Shown here one piece after another: positions 17,147-26,555 of a stretch of DNA of 64,000 nt. The position numbers were made by a program, and so were the translations under genes. The DNA is from Elusimicrobia bacterium GWA2_51_34 (GTDB lineage: Bacteria > Elusimicrobiota > Elusimicrobia > Elusimicrobiales > UBA9959): assembly GCA_001799565.1 (NCBI GenBank), contig MGTS01000042.1:1016-65015 (forward strand). The letters are read 5' to 3'. Below the pieces are notes generated by a model. It searched no databases and was not told where the DNA came from. It saw nothing but the letters and a program-made list of their open reading frames with translations. Within the stretch, counting starts at the first letter, position 1. Each line of letters starts with the position of its first letter.

Positions 17147-18037
17147 TTAGTGTGAGGAAAACACCGCCGCGCCTACGCGGTCGGCCAGGGAGGAGTCGTC
17201 AATAAAGGGATTGCGGTTGCCCTGGAAGGCCTCCACAAGGTCGTTGCGGCGGCGCTCGTTGGCATCGGGGGGGTCGGCATGGTTCCACTCAAGAAACATC
17301 GGCACGCGCTTAACCCAAAAGTTATCGTAACCCATGCCGATACGGATGTTATGGTCGTAATAGCGCACTATGAAATACAACATGGCCCGCGCCACATTAC
17401 CTTTTACGGAGTCACAAGGTTCAAAACCTTCTTGTCCCAGCTTGGAACCGCAGGAGGTGCTGTAGGAGGCGTCGGATACCATGGCGAACGGCAGGTTGCC
17501 GCGGCGGGAATTGGGGGTGACAAAAGTGGCGGCTAGCTGGTGCAGGTCCGCCACCATAGGGTAGGCGCTTTTGAAATAGCCCTGCGGCCAGATATGTTCC
17601 GCGTTAATAAATTTATCCACCACTCCGTCATCGTTCATATCGCCCTGCTCCGGGTAATCGTTCCCGTTGGCGCTTGTGCCGTTCACGCAAACCTCGGAGT
17701 AAAAGGTTATTATGCCAGGTTGGCCGTTGCAGATGACATTATCGGCTTTTGAGTACATATAGGCCTTGGCGGTCTTGTACTGATTATTTGAAGACATGGA
17801 CGGATCCGGGAGGTTGTGCAGGTACTGAAAAAGCTGTTCACCCGCAAGGTTTTCCGGAATAACGGCTGCCAAAACCTTAGCGGCAGCGGGCTCTGAAATG
17901 GAAAATTCAAGGGCCTCGGGCAACACAGAAGCCTTGAGTGTTTCAATAGCGGATATTTGCGAAATAACGGGAAATTGGGCCGCCAAAAACGAAAAGGGAA
18001 GAATTGCAAGAACTGCCGCCGCTGCGAACCGTTTCAT
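17147..18037 (-). CDS. Secreted endonuclease I family nuclease
   Basis: ORF track 17147-18103. The ATG at 18037 (MKRFAAAAVLAILPF) has a ggaggaatt RBS. Motifs NAEHIWPQ, RGNLPF, KGNVARAMLYF and GNRNPFID are typical of EndA/endonuclease I. Confidence 0.8.
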   Translation of the reverse strand: MKRFAAAAVLAILPFSFLAAQFPVISQISAIETLKASVLPEALEFSISEPAAAKVLAAVIPENLAGEQLFQYLHNLPDPSMSSNNQYKTAKAYMYSKADNVICNGQPGIITFYSEVCVNGTSANGNDYPEQGDMNDDGVVDKFINAEHIWPQGYFKSAYPMVADLHQLAATFVTPNSRRGNLPFAMVSDASYSTSCGSKLGQEGFEPCDSVKGNVARAMLYFIVRYYDHNIRIGMGYDNFWVKRVPMFLEWNHADPPDANERRRNDLVEAFQGNRNPFIDDSSLADRVGAAVFSSH

Positions 18038-18443
18038 AATTCCTCCAAACATATGAATGATTGCTTCCATAACATAGTATACGCCGTAAAAACTATTCGG
18101 CAAGGGCCAAAGGACTTGGAGTTAATATAGGCCTTTTGACCCATACTCAAAGAACAGGATAGAGGGTAGAGGCTTAAGAAAACTCCTTCTAAAAAACCTC
18201 CCGCAAAACAACCCGGCGGGTCCGCCAAAGTTGTAGTGCGCAAAGAATGTTTATGCGCCATGATGATGCCGAGGAATCTTGCCGAATCAAGGCGGGAAAT
18301 TCGGCCCGCGACTATAATTTTGTATCATTTACCGCTGTAATCTTTTTTAAAATCCACGCAATCAAGCGCCGGCCGCGGACAGCGCCAGAGGCCGCAGGCG
18401 CACCAGAGAAAGGGGCCCGCGACAGATCAGAGCCACAGCCGTG

Positions 18444-19913
18444 ATGGAACTGAAAATAACCTTTTTTCAAAAAGTTTTTCTTATCCTGCTCGGGATTTTC
18501 CTTTCGCTTTTTCTTATTGAAACCGGATTGCGTCTGGGCGGTTTTACGCTTCTGGCTGTCCAGGAGCACAGGAACCGCGTCTCCATTAAAAAAGGGGGCG
18601 CTTACCGCATACTCTGCCTGGGTGAATCCACCACGGCGGGGCAATGGCCGCCTTTTCTGGAAGCCGCACTTAACCGGAGCGGCACAGGGATACAATTCAC
18701 CGTGACCGATGAGGGAAGGGGAGGCATAAATACAGGTATAATATTAAACTTGGTGGAGTCTTACCTGGATAAATATCATCCCGACATGGTGGTGGCCATG
18801 ATGGGCATAAATGACCCCGGGGCGGTGCACCTGCCGGCTGAAACACCTTCCGCGTCTAAACCGGCATTGTTTGTCAAATCCTTTAGAACATATAAATTGG
18901 CAAGGCTGCTGTTTCATATGGCCTTCAAAACCAACAGGTGGGCCCTGCCTCCCGAAGACATGCAGGCGCAGCTTACCACGCTACCGGCTCTTCCCGCTGC
19001 AGGACCGGATACAGAAGACGCGGAACCCGTCAAAAAATTAAAAAAAGAGCTGGAACTTAATCCGGGCTGTGACCGGGTATACCTCCAATTTGGGATGCTA
19101 TATCTGGATCAAAGGAAATTTCAGCAGGCAGAAATGTATCTTAAAAAAGCGCTGCAAATAAATCCAGGGAATGCTAAGGCATACCTAAAACTTGGGTGGC
19201 TATACTTGGATCAAAAGAAATTTCAGCAGGCAGAAATATATATGAAAAAAGCGCTGAAGCTTAATCCGGGCACTAATGAGGAGGCATACCATGAACTTGG
19301 CTGGATATACCTGAAACAACGGAAATTCAAGCAGGCAGAAATGTATATTAAAAAAGCGCTGAAAACAAATCCGCGGAATGAAAGGGTGTACATTCAATAT
19401 GGGGAGCTATACCGGGAACAGGGGAAATTTCAGCAAGCAGCAGAAGAATTTAAAAAAGCGCTGAAACTTAATCCGGGGAATTCCAGGGCATACTATGGAA
19501 TTAAAGGGATATCCCGGGAGCTCGGGCGATTTAGCCAGGCAGAAGAGCGTTACTACCTGGAATACAACCCGTTCACAACGAATAATTACCACGCCCTTAA
19601 AACTATTTTGGATAAAAGAAAGATACGATTAGTTTGTGTGCAATATCCCATGCGCAATGTCGCGCCGTTGAAAAACATATTCGCAGAAAAAGCGGATAAT
19701 ATTGTATTTGTGGATAATGAGAAGATTTTCAAGGAAGCAGTCAGAAAAGAGGGCTATGCGGCATATTTCCGGGACATATTCGGCGGCAATTTCGGCCACT
19801 GCACAGACACCGGCAACAAATTGCTTGGTGAAAATATCGCCGGGGTTATACTGAAAGAGATCTTCCATATTAAGCTCCTGCGAAATAAAGCCGGGACAGG
19901 CGGTGTAAGATGA
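18444..19913 (+). CDS. Membrane-anchored SGNH/GDSL-like hydrolase with an internal TPR array (paralog 1 of 4)
   Basis: TM helix FLILLGIFLSLFLI. It has SGNH-like blocks LCLGESTT (I), GRGGINT (II), MMGINDPG (III) and NFGHCTD (V), with ~5 TPR-like 34-aa units inserted between blocks III and V. GTG at 18441 or ATG at 18444. The stop overlaps the next start (ATGA at 19910-19913). Confidence 0.6.
   Translation: MELKITFFQKVFLILLGIFLSLFLIETGLRLGGFTLLAVQEHRNRVSIKKGGAYRILCLGESTTAGQWPPFLEAALNRSGTGIQFTVTDEGRGGINTGIILNLVESYLDKYHPDMVVAMMGINDPGAVHLPAETPSASKPALFVKSFRTYKLARLLFHMAFKTNRWALPPEDMQAQLTTLPALPAAGPDTEDAEPVKKLKKELELNPGCDRVYLQFGMLYLDQRKFQQAEMYLKKALQINPGNAKAYLKLGWLYLDQKKFQQAEIYMKKALKLNPGTNEEAYHELGWIYLKQRKFKQAEMYIKKALKTNPRNERVYIQYGELYREQGKFQQAAEEFKKALKLNPGNSRAYYGIKGISRELGRFSQAEERYYLEYNPFTTNNYHALKTILDKRKIRLVCVQYPMRNVAPLKNIFAEKADNIVFVDNEKIFKEAVRKEGYAAYFRDIFGGNFGHCTDTGNKLLGENIAGVILKEIFHIKLLRNKAGTGGVR
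19029..19556 (+). repeat. In-frame 102-bp (34-aa) TPR-like tandem units, paralog 1 (~5 units)
   Basis: Recurring ...AYLxLGWLYxxQxKFQQAExxxKKALxxNPGN... Boundaries are approximate. Confidence 0.7.
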
Positions 19914-21622
19914 AACTGAAAACAACCTTTTTCCAAAAAGCTTTTCTCATCCTCCTTGGTATTTTCCTTTCGCTTTTTCTTATTGAAACCGGATTGCGTC
20001 TGGGCGGTTTTACGCTCCTGGCTGTCCAGGAGCACAGGAACCGGGTCTCCATTAAAAAAGGGGGCGCTTACCGCATACTCTGCCTGGGTGAATCCACCAC
20101 GGCGGGGCAATGGCCGCCTTTTCTGGAAGCCGCACTTAACCGGAGCGGCACAGGAATACAATTCACCGTGATAGATGAGGGAAAGAATGGCACGAACACA
20201 GGCGCAGTATTAAACCGGTTGGAGTCTTACCTTGATAAATATCATCCCGACATGGTGGTGGCTATGATGGGTGTAAATGACCCCGGAGCGGTGCACCTGC
20301 CGGCTGATACGCCCTCCGCGTCTAAACCGGCATTGTTTATAAAGTCCTTTAAAACATACAAATTGGCAAGGCTGCTGTTTCATATGGCCTTCAAAACCAA
20401 CAGGTGGGCCCTGCCTCCCGAAGGCACACAGACGCAGCTTACCACGCTACCGGCTCTTCCCGCGACAGGACCGGATACAGGAGACGCGGAATCAGTCCAA
20501 AAATTAAAAAAAGAACTGAAACTTAATCCGGGGAATGGTAAGGCGCATCTTCAACTTGGATGGCTATACCGGGATCAAGGGAAATTGCAACAAGCTGAGG
20601 AAGAATTTAAAAAAGCGCTGAAACTTAATCCGGAGAATTATGAGGCATCCAGTAAACTTGGATGGCTATACCTGGAGCAGGAGAAATTCCAGCAGGCAGA
20701 AATGTGTATTAAAAAAGCGCTGCAAATAAATCCTGGCAATGACTCGGCATACCTTCAACTTTGGGCAATATACCGGGAACAAGGGAAATTTCAGCAGGCA
20801 GAAGAAGAGTTTAAAAAAGAGCTGGAATTTAATCCGGAGAATAGCGAGAGACACTTTCAACTTGGAAGTATATATCGGCACCAGGAGAAATTTAGACAGG
20901 CAGAAGAAAGGTTCAAAAAAGCGCTGGAACTTAACCCGGACAATAGCGAAACACACCTTCAACTTGGGAGTATATACCGGCACCAGGGAAAATTTAAGCA
21001 GGCAGAAGAAAGGTTCAAAAAAGCGCTGGAACTTAACCCGGGGGATGAAGAGGCATTCCTTCAGCTTGAGATGACATACCAGATTCAAGGGAAATCTCAG
21101 CAGGCAGAAGAAACGTTTAAAAAAGCGCTGAAATTTAATACGGGGACTAGCGAAACATACTTTCAACTTGCGAATCTATATAGGGAACAAGGGAAATTTC
21201 AGCAGGCAGAAGAAAGGTTTAAAAAAGCGATGAACCTTAACACGGAGACTCCCAAAGGGCATTATGGATCTTATAGCCGGTTTACAGCGAATAATTACCT
21301 CGCCATCAAAACTATTTTGGACGAAAGAAAGATACGATTGGTTTGCGTACAATATCCTATGAACAATGCAGCGTTAGTGAAAAACATATTTACGGGGAAA
21401 GCGGATGACATTGTTTTTGTGGACAATGAGAAGATTTTCAAGGAAGCAGTCAGAAAATTTGGCTATGCGGCATATTTCCGGGACATGTTCGGCGGCAATT
21501 TCGGCCACTGCACAGACAACGGCAACAAATTGCTTGGTGAAAATATCGCCGGGGTTATACTGAAAGAGATCTTCCATAGCAAGCTCCTGCGAAATAAAGC
21601 CGGGGCAGGCGGTGTAAGATGA
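19910..21622 (+). CDS. Membrane-anchored SGNH/GDSL-like hydrolase with an internal TPR array (paralog 2 of 4)
   Basis: Same N- and C-terminal modules as paralog 1, near-identical at nucleotide level in places. About 7 TPR-like units, 570 aa. ATGA overlaps at both ends. Confidence 0.6.
   Translation: MKLKTTFFQKAFLILLGIFLSLFLIETGLRLGGFTLLAVQEHRNRVSIKKGGAYRILCLGESTTAGQWPPFLEAALNRSGTGIQFTVIDEGKNGTNTGAVLNRLESYLDKYHPDMVVAMMGVNDPGAVHLPADTPSASKPALFIKSFKTYKLARLLFHMAFKTNRWALPPEGTQTQLTTLPALPATGPDTGDAESVQKLKKELKLNPGNGKAHLQLGWLYRDQGKLQQAEEEFKKALKLNPENYEASSKLGWLYLEQEKFQQAEMCIKKALQINPGNDSAYLQLWAIYREQGKFQQAEEEFKKELEFNPENSERHFQLGSIYRHQEKFRQAEERFKKALELNPDNSETHLQLGSIYRHQGKFKQAEERFKKALELNPGDEEAFLQLEMTYQIQGKSQQAEETFKKALKFNTGTSETYFQLANLYREQGKFQQAEERFKKAMNLNTETPKGHYGSYSRFTANNYLAIKTILDERKIRLVCVQYPMNNAALVKNIFTGKADDIVFVDNEKIFKEAVRKFGYAAYFRDMFGGNFGHCTDNGNKLLGENIAGVILKEIFHSKLLRNKAGAGGVR
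20495..21265 (+). repeat. In-frame 102-bp TPR-like tandem units, paralog 2 (~7 units)
   Basis: Adjacent units 20831-20932 and 20933-21034 are ~88% identical to each other by eye. Boundaries are approximate. Confidence 0.7.
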
Positions 21623-23211
21623 AACTAAAAACAACCTTTTTTCAAAAAGTTCTTCTTATCCTGCTCGGGATTTTCCTTTCGTTTTTTCTTATTGAAACCG
21701 GATTGCGTCTGGGCGGTTTTACGCTTCTGGCTGTCCAGGAGCGCAGAAACCGCATCACCATTAAAAAAGGGGGCGCGTACCGCATACTTTGCCTGGGTGA
21801 ATCCACCACGCAGTGGCAATGGCCGCCTTTTCTGGAAGCAGCCCTTAACCGGAGCGGCACAGGGATACAATTCACCGTGATCGATGAGGGGAGGGGAGGC
21901 ATTGGCACCGATACAATATTGAAACAGGCAGAGTCTTACCTTGATAAACATCATCCCGACATGGTGGTGGCCATGATGGGTATAAATGACCCCGGGGCGA
22001 TGCACCTGCCGGCTGAAACGCCCTCCGCGTCTAAACCGGCATTGTTTATAAAATCCTTTAGAACATATAAATTGGCAAGGCTGCTACTTCATATGGCCTT
22101 CAAAACCAACAGGTGGGCCCTGCCTCCCAAAGGCACGCAGGCGCAGTTTACCACGCAACCAGCTCTTCCCGCTATAGGACCGGCTATAGAAAACGCGGAA
22201 CCCGTTAAAAAATTAAAAAAAGAGCTGGGACTTAATCCAGGGAATGGTAAGGCATACCTTGAACTTGGAAGGCTCTATCGGAAGCAAGATAAATTTCAGC
22301 AGGCTGAAATGTATATTAAAAAAGCGCTCAAGATAAACCCCGGGAATACCAGGGCGCACCTTGAACTTGGAAGGCTATACCAGGGACATGGGGAATTTAT
22401 TGACCAGGGAGAAGAAGAGTTTAAAAAAGCTCTGAAACTTGATCCGGGTAATCATGAGGCATGCTTTGAACTTGCTTGGCTATACAAGGACATGGGGAAA
22501 TTTCAGCAGGCAGAAATGTATATTAAAAAAATGCTGCAAATAAATCCAGGGAATCATGGAGCATACCTTCTACTTGGGAGGCTATACCAGGAACATGGGA
22601 AAGTTCAGCAGGCAGAAGAAGAGTTTAAAAAAGCGCTGCAAATAGATCCAGGGGATGACAAAATATATCTTCAACTTGGGCAGCTATACCAGGAACAACA
22701 AAAATTTCAGCAGGCAGAAGAAGAGTTTAAAAAAGCTCTCCAAATAAATCCCGGCAATGACAAGGCGTATGCCGGTTTTAAATTCGCGCACGCGTATCAA
22801 GGGCGGCTTAAGCGGATAAAAAAGCCTTACTACAGGAAGGCCACACGGCTGAATACTTACGGATACAATCTGTTTACAGCAAGTAATTACCACGCCCTCA
22901 AAATCATTTTAGATAAAAGAAAGATACGACTAGTTTGTGTGCAATATCCCGTGCGCAATGTCGCATCATTGGAAAACATATTCGCAGGGAAGGCGGAAGA
23001 TATTGTTTTTGTGGACAATGAGAGGATTTTCAGGGAAGCGGTTAAGAAAGAAGGTTATGGAGCATATTTCCGGGACATATTCGGCGGCAATTTCGGCCAC
23101 TGCACAGACACCGGCAATAAATTGCTTGGTGAAAATATCGCCGGGGTTATACTAAGAGAAGTCTTCCATAAGAAATTCCCGCGAAATAAAGCCGGGGCAG
23201 GCGGCGTATGA
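21619..23211 (+). CDS. Membrane-anchored SGNH/GDSL-like hydrolase with an internal TPR array (paralog 3 of 4)
   Basis: Same architecture, 530 aa, about 6 TPR-like units. ATGA overlaps at 21619-21622 and 23208-23211. Confidence 0.6.
   Translation: MKLKTTFFQKVLLILLGIFLSFFLIETGLRLGGFTLLAVQERRNRITIKKGGAYRILCLGESTTQWQWPPFLEAALNRSGTGIQFTVIDEGRGGIGTDTILKQAESYLDKHHPDMVVAMMGINDPGAMHLPAETPSASKPALFIKSFRTYKLARLLLHMAFKTNRWALPPKGTQAQFTTQPALPAIGPAIENAEPVKKLKKELGLNPGNGKAYLELGRLYRKQDKFQQAEMYIKKALKINPGNTRAHLELGRLYQGHGEFIDQGEEEFKKALKLDPGNHEACFELAWLYKDMGKFQQAEMYIKKMLQINPGNHGAYLLLGRLYQEHGKVQQAEEEFKKALQIDPGDDKIYLQLGQLYQEQQKFQQAEEEFKKALQINPGNDKAYAGFKFAHAYQGRLKRIKKPYYRKATRLNTYGYNLFTASNYHALKIILDKRKIRLVCVQYPVRNVASLENIFAGKAEDIVFVDNERIFREAVKKEGYGAYFRDIFGGNFGHCTDTGNKLLGENIAGVILREVFHKKFPRNKAGAGGV
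22204..22857 (+). repeat. In-frame 102-bp TPR-like tandem units, paralog 3 (~6 units)
   Basis: Periodic NPGN...FQQAE...KKAL pattern. Boundaries are approximate. Confidence 0.65.
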
Positions 23212-24824
23212 TGGAACTGAAAACAACCTTTTTCCAAAAAGCTTTTCTTATCCTCCTTGGGATTTTCCTTTCGCTTTTTCTTATTGAAACCGGATTACGT
23301 CTGGGCGGTTTTACGCTTCTGGCTGTCCAGGAGCGCAGGAACCGGGTCTCCATTAAAAAAGTCGGCTCTTACCGCATACTTTGCCTTGGTGAATCTACCA
23401 CGCATGGACAATATCCGCCTTTTCTGGAAGCCGACCTTAACCGGAGCGGCACAGGGATACAATTCACCGTGATAGATAAGGGAAGGGCGGGAATAAACAC
23501 CGATGCGATATTAACCCGGGTGGAGTCTTACCTTGATAAATATCATCCCGACATGGTAGTGGCCATGATGGGTATAAATGACCCCGGAGCGGTGCACCTG
23601 CCGGCTGATACACCCTCCGCGTCTAAACCGGCATTGTTTATAAAGTCCTTTAAAACATACAAATTGGCAAGGCTGCTATTGCATATGGCCTTCAAAACCA
23701 ACAGGTGGTCCCTGCCTCCCGAAGACATGCAGGCGCAGCTTACCACGCTACCCGCCATTCCCGCTGCAGGACCGGATACAGAAGACACGGAACCCGTTAA
23801 AAAATTAAAAAAAGAGCTGAAACTTAACCCAGGCAACGATGAGGCATACCTTGAACTTGGGTGGGTATATCGGGAACAAGAGAAATTTCATCAGGCAGAA
23901 ATGTATATTAAAAAAGCTCTCAAAATAAATCCCGGGCATGTCAGGGGATACGTTGATCTTGGATGGCTATACCTGAAGCAGCGGAAATATCAGCAGGCAG
24001 AAATACATATTCAAAAAGCGCTGCGAATAAATCCGCTGAATGAAGGAGTATACCTTCAATTTGGGGAGCTATACAGGGACCAGGGTAAATTCCAGCAGGC
24101 AGAGATGTATATTAAAAAAGCGCTGCGAATAAATCCGGGCAATGATGCGGCATACGGTGAACTTGGGGCAACCTACCTGGAACAAAGGAAATTTCACCAG
24201 GCAGAAATGTATGTTAAAAAATCGCTGAAAATAAATCCAGATAATGATCGGATATGCGTTCAACTTGGGATGATATACTGGGAACAGGGGAAATTTCAGC
24301 AGGCATACCAGGAATTTAAAAAAGCGTTGCAAATAAATCCAGGGAATGCAGGGGCATACTATGTAATCGATAGGATATGCCTGGAGCGAGAACAATCTTG
24401 CCAGGCAAAAGAGCCTTACTACCGGAAGGCTACCCGGCGGTATATACACGGATACAATCTGTTCACAGCAAACAACTACCATGCCCTCAAAACCATTTTA
24501 GATAAAAGAAAGATACGACTGGTTTGTGTGCAATATCCCATGCGCGATATCACTCCGTTGAAAAACATATTCAAGGGGAAGGCGGAAGATATTGTTTTTG
24601 TGGACAATGAGAGGGTTTTCAGGGAAGCGGTTAAGAAAGAAGGCTATGGAGCATATTTCCGGGACATGTTCGGCGGCAATTTCGGCCACTGTACAGACAC
24701 CGGCAACAAATTGCTGGGTGAAAATATCGCCGGGGTTATATTAAGAGAAGTCTTCCATAAGAAGTTCCTGCTCTATACCCCTGCGGCAAAATATCCGGAA
24801 AAAACCACACCGCGTCCGTCTTAG
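23208..24824 (+). CDS. Membrane-anchored SGNH/GDSL-like hydrolase with an internal TPR array (paralog 4 of 4)
   Basis: Same architecture, 538 aa, about 6 TPR-like units. It has a distinct C-terminal tail (LLYTPAAKYPEKTTPRPS) in place of LLRNKAGxGGVR. Confidence 0.6.
   Translation: MMELKTTFFQKAFLILLGIFLSLFLIETGLRLGGFTLLAVQERRNRVSIKKVGSYRILCLGESTTHGQYPPFLEADLNRSGTGIQFTVIDKGRAGINTDAILTRVESYLDKYHPDMVVAMMGINDPGAVHLPADTPSASKPALFIKSFKTYKLARLLLHMAFKTNRWSLPPEDMQAQLTTLPAIPAAGPDTEDTEPVKKLKKELKLNPGNDEAYLELGWVYREQEKFHQAEMYIKKALKINPGHVRGYVDLGWLYLKQRKYQQAEIHIQKALRINPLNEGVYLQFGELYRDQGKFQQAEMYIKKALRINPGNDAAYGELGATYLEQRKFHQAEMYVKKSLKINPDNDRICVQLGMIYWEQGKFQQAYQEFKKALQINPGNAGAYYVIDRICLEREQSCQAKEPYYRKATRRYIHGYNLFTANNYHALKTILDKRKIRLVCVQYPMRDITPLKNIFKGKAEDIVFVDNERVFREAVKKEGYGAYFRDMFGGNFGHCTDTGNKLLGENIAGVILREVFHKKFLLYTPAAKYPEKTTPRPS
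23796..24446 (+). repeat. In-frame 102-bp TPR-like tandem units, paralog 4 (~6 units)
   Basis: Periodic NPGN...QQAE...KKAL pattern. Boundaries are approximate. Confidence 0.65.
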
Positions 24825-25066
24825 GCGGACAGCGCCGCTGCGAAAGGCTTTGCGGGCAGACACTGATCGGGGGCAAAAATGATTACAGGCGATAAACCCG
24901 CCATAAGTTTCCATGGTGCGGCAGGGCAGTGCCGCCCTAATCGGATATCATAAAACATCCCCAACGCAGCAATTCCGCGTCAATTTGCGGAATTATTGAG
25001 ACTTAAGCCTTCCTTCCCCCAAACCCTCCGGCGAATTATGTATACTTGTATTAAAGAGGACAAAAA

Positions 25067-26374
25067 ATGCTGAAGAAATTTATTTCCATGATAAAAAGAA
25101 AAGCCAAGGCGCCCGTTCCGGTGCCGGGCTTTTACGGGCTGGGTATCGCCCCGAAACTGCTTGAAGCCCTGGACCGCATGAAATTTATTATGCCTACCCC
25201 CATACAAAAACAGGCCATACCCATAGCCTGCTCGGGCAATGACATGGTGGGCATAGCGCAGACCGGCACCGGCAAAACCATCGCGTTTGCCATACCACTG
25301 ATACAAACCCTGGCCGCCAGGCAGGGCAAAGGGCTGATACTTGTGCCCACGCGCGAGCTTGCCATACAGGTAGACGACGTATTCAAGCAATTCGCCCCGC
25401 TTCTGGGAATGCAGTCTGTTGTGCTTATAGGCGGTGAAAACTACTCCCGCCAGCTCCTGGACCTTAAAAAGAAACCGCGCATCATTGTGGCCACTCCCGG
25501 CCGCCTGCTTGACTTTGTTCAGCAAAACACGGTAAAGCTCGATGACATCGCGGTACTGGTGCTGGATGAAGCCGATCGCATGTTTGACATGGGTTTCGCC
25601 CCGCAGATAAACCGCATACTGCAATATGTGCCGAAAGGCCGCCAGACAATGCTGTTCTCCGCCACCATGCCGGACGAAATAATGAAACTCGCCGCTAAAT
25701 ACATGAAACTACCCACCCGCGTGGAAGTGGCCCGTTCCGGCACCGTGGTGGATAATGTGGTACAGGAAGTTTATGTGGTAAACCGCGGCCTCAAACCCGC
25801 TCTGCTTTCAAAACTGCTGGATAAATATTGGGGCACCATGCTGCTGTTCGTGCGCACCCGTTATAACGCCTGCGATATCGCCCGCGATATCCGCGACATG
25901 GGCCACAGCGTGGCAGAAATACATTCCGACCGCACTCTGGGCCAGCGCAAAGAGGCTCTGGAGGGCTTCAAAACGGGCAAATACCGCATTTTAGTGGCCA
26001 CTGACATAGCCGCGCGCGGCATAGACGTAGTAGGCATAGAGATAGTATTGAATTACGATCTGCCCGATGACGATGAAAGCTATGTGCACCGCATAGGCCG
26101 CACCGGCCGCGCCGGCAAAGCGGGCCACGCTATTTCTTTTGTGACCCCCGAACAGGAAACAGACCTGCGCAATATTGAGCGCCTTATAAGGATGTCCATC
26201 ACTATCGTTTCCCATCCCGAAATTCCGGCGGCCAAACTTATAGGCCTGCCCCCCATGCCCAAGAACACCGGCGGGCGCGGCGGCTTCAGGGGCGGCGGAG
26301 GGGGAGGCGCAAGCCCTAAAAATCTGCCCACCAGCTTCCGCATGAAACGCCACAGCAGGTATAAAACAAAATAA
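25067..26374 (+). CDS. DEAD-box ATP-dependent RNA helicase (RhlE-like)
   Basis: Q-motif PTPIQ, motif I AQTGTGKT, motif II DEAD, SAT, and HRIGRTGRAG, with a short GGRGGFRGGGGG tail. Confidence 0.9.
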   Translation: MLKKFISMIKRKAKAPVPVPGFYGLGIAPKLLEALDRMKFIMPTPIQKQAIPIACSGNDMVGIAQTGTGKTIAFAIPLIQTLAARQGKGLILVPTRELAIQVDDVFKQFAPLLGMQSVVLIGGENYSRQLLDLKKKPRIIVATPGRLLDFVQQNTVKLDDIAVLVLDEADRMFDMGFAPQINRILQYVPKGRQTMLFSATMPDEIMKLAAKYMKLPTRVEVARSGTVVDNVVQEVYVVNRGLKPALLSKLLDKYWGTMLLFVRTRYNACDIARDIRDMGHSVAEIHSDRTLGQRKEALEGFKTGKYRILVATDIAARGIDVVGIEIVLNYDLPDDDESYVHRIGRTGRAGKAGHAISFVTPEQETDLRNIERLIRMSITIVSHPEIPAAKLIGLPPMPKNTGGRGGFRGGGGGGASPKNLPTSFRMKRHSRYKTK

Positions 26375-26401
26375 CTTTTTTAAAACCGCCCGGGCAGATA
26401 G

Positions 26402-26518
26402 ATAGCAGTGGAAAGCAAAAGAAAGCAACTGAATACCACAGAAAGTAAGAGGGCCGCATAAAACAGTTTTATTACTTTCACTTGCTTTCCGTAGCATTCA
26501 ATAGCTTTCCGTTGCTAT
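26402..26518 (+). repeat. Copy C of the ~117-bp palindromic intergenic repeat
   Basis: About 91% identical by eye to copy D (27057-27174) in the same orientation. Termini are atagca..ggaaagc / gctttccgttgctat. Confidence 0.85.
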
Positions 26519-26555
26519 AAAACACTAGCAGTCCTCAGCCTGACAAGCCAGATTT

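Noticed and set aside
18312-18695. Apparently conserved antisense ORFs (MYPCAAPVKCGFQKRRPLPRRGGFTQAEY...) at the 5' ends of all four SGNH-TPR paralogs (also 19754-20161, 21625-22005, 23147-23353), plus same-strand alternative-frame ORFs (MKPDCVWAVLRFWLSRS...).
   Set aside because: Their conservation follows automatically from the near-identical sense-strand sequence of the paralogs. They lack RBSs and have Arg/Pro-rich, low-complexity composition.
20666-21166. 166-aa antisense ORF (F/K/L/R-rich) running through the TPR array of paralog 2. Similar ones lie at 19200-19592, 22684-22893 and 24069-24482.
   Set aside because: This is an artefact of repetitive TPR codons, whose reverse complement is stop-free. 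The periodic low-complexity sequence mirrors the sense repeats.
19029-24446. The 102-bp periodic repeats could be mistaken for a CRISPR array or non-coding tandem repeats.
   Set aside because: The units are in-frame 34-aa TPR-like motifs inside long ORFs. There is no repeat-spacer alternation and there are no cas genes.
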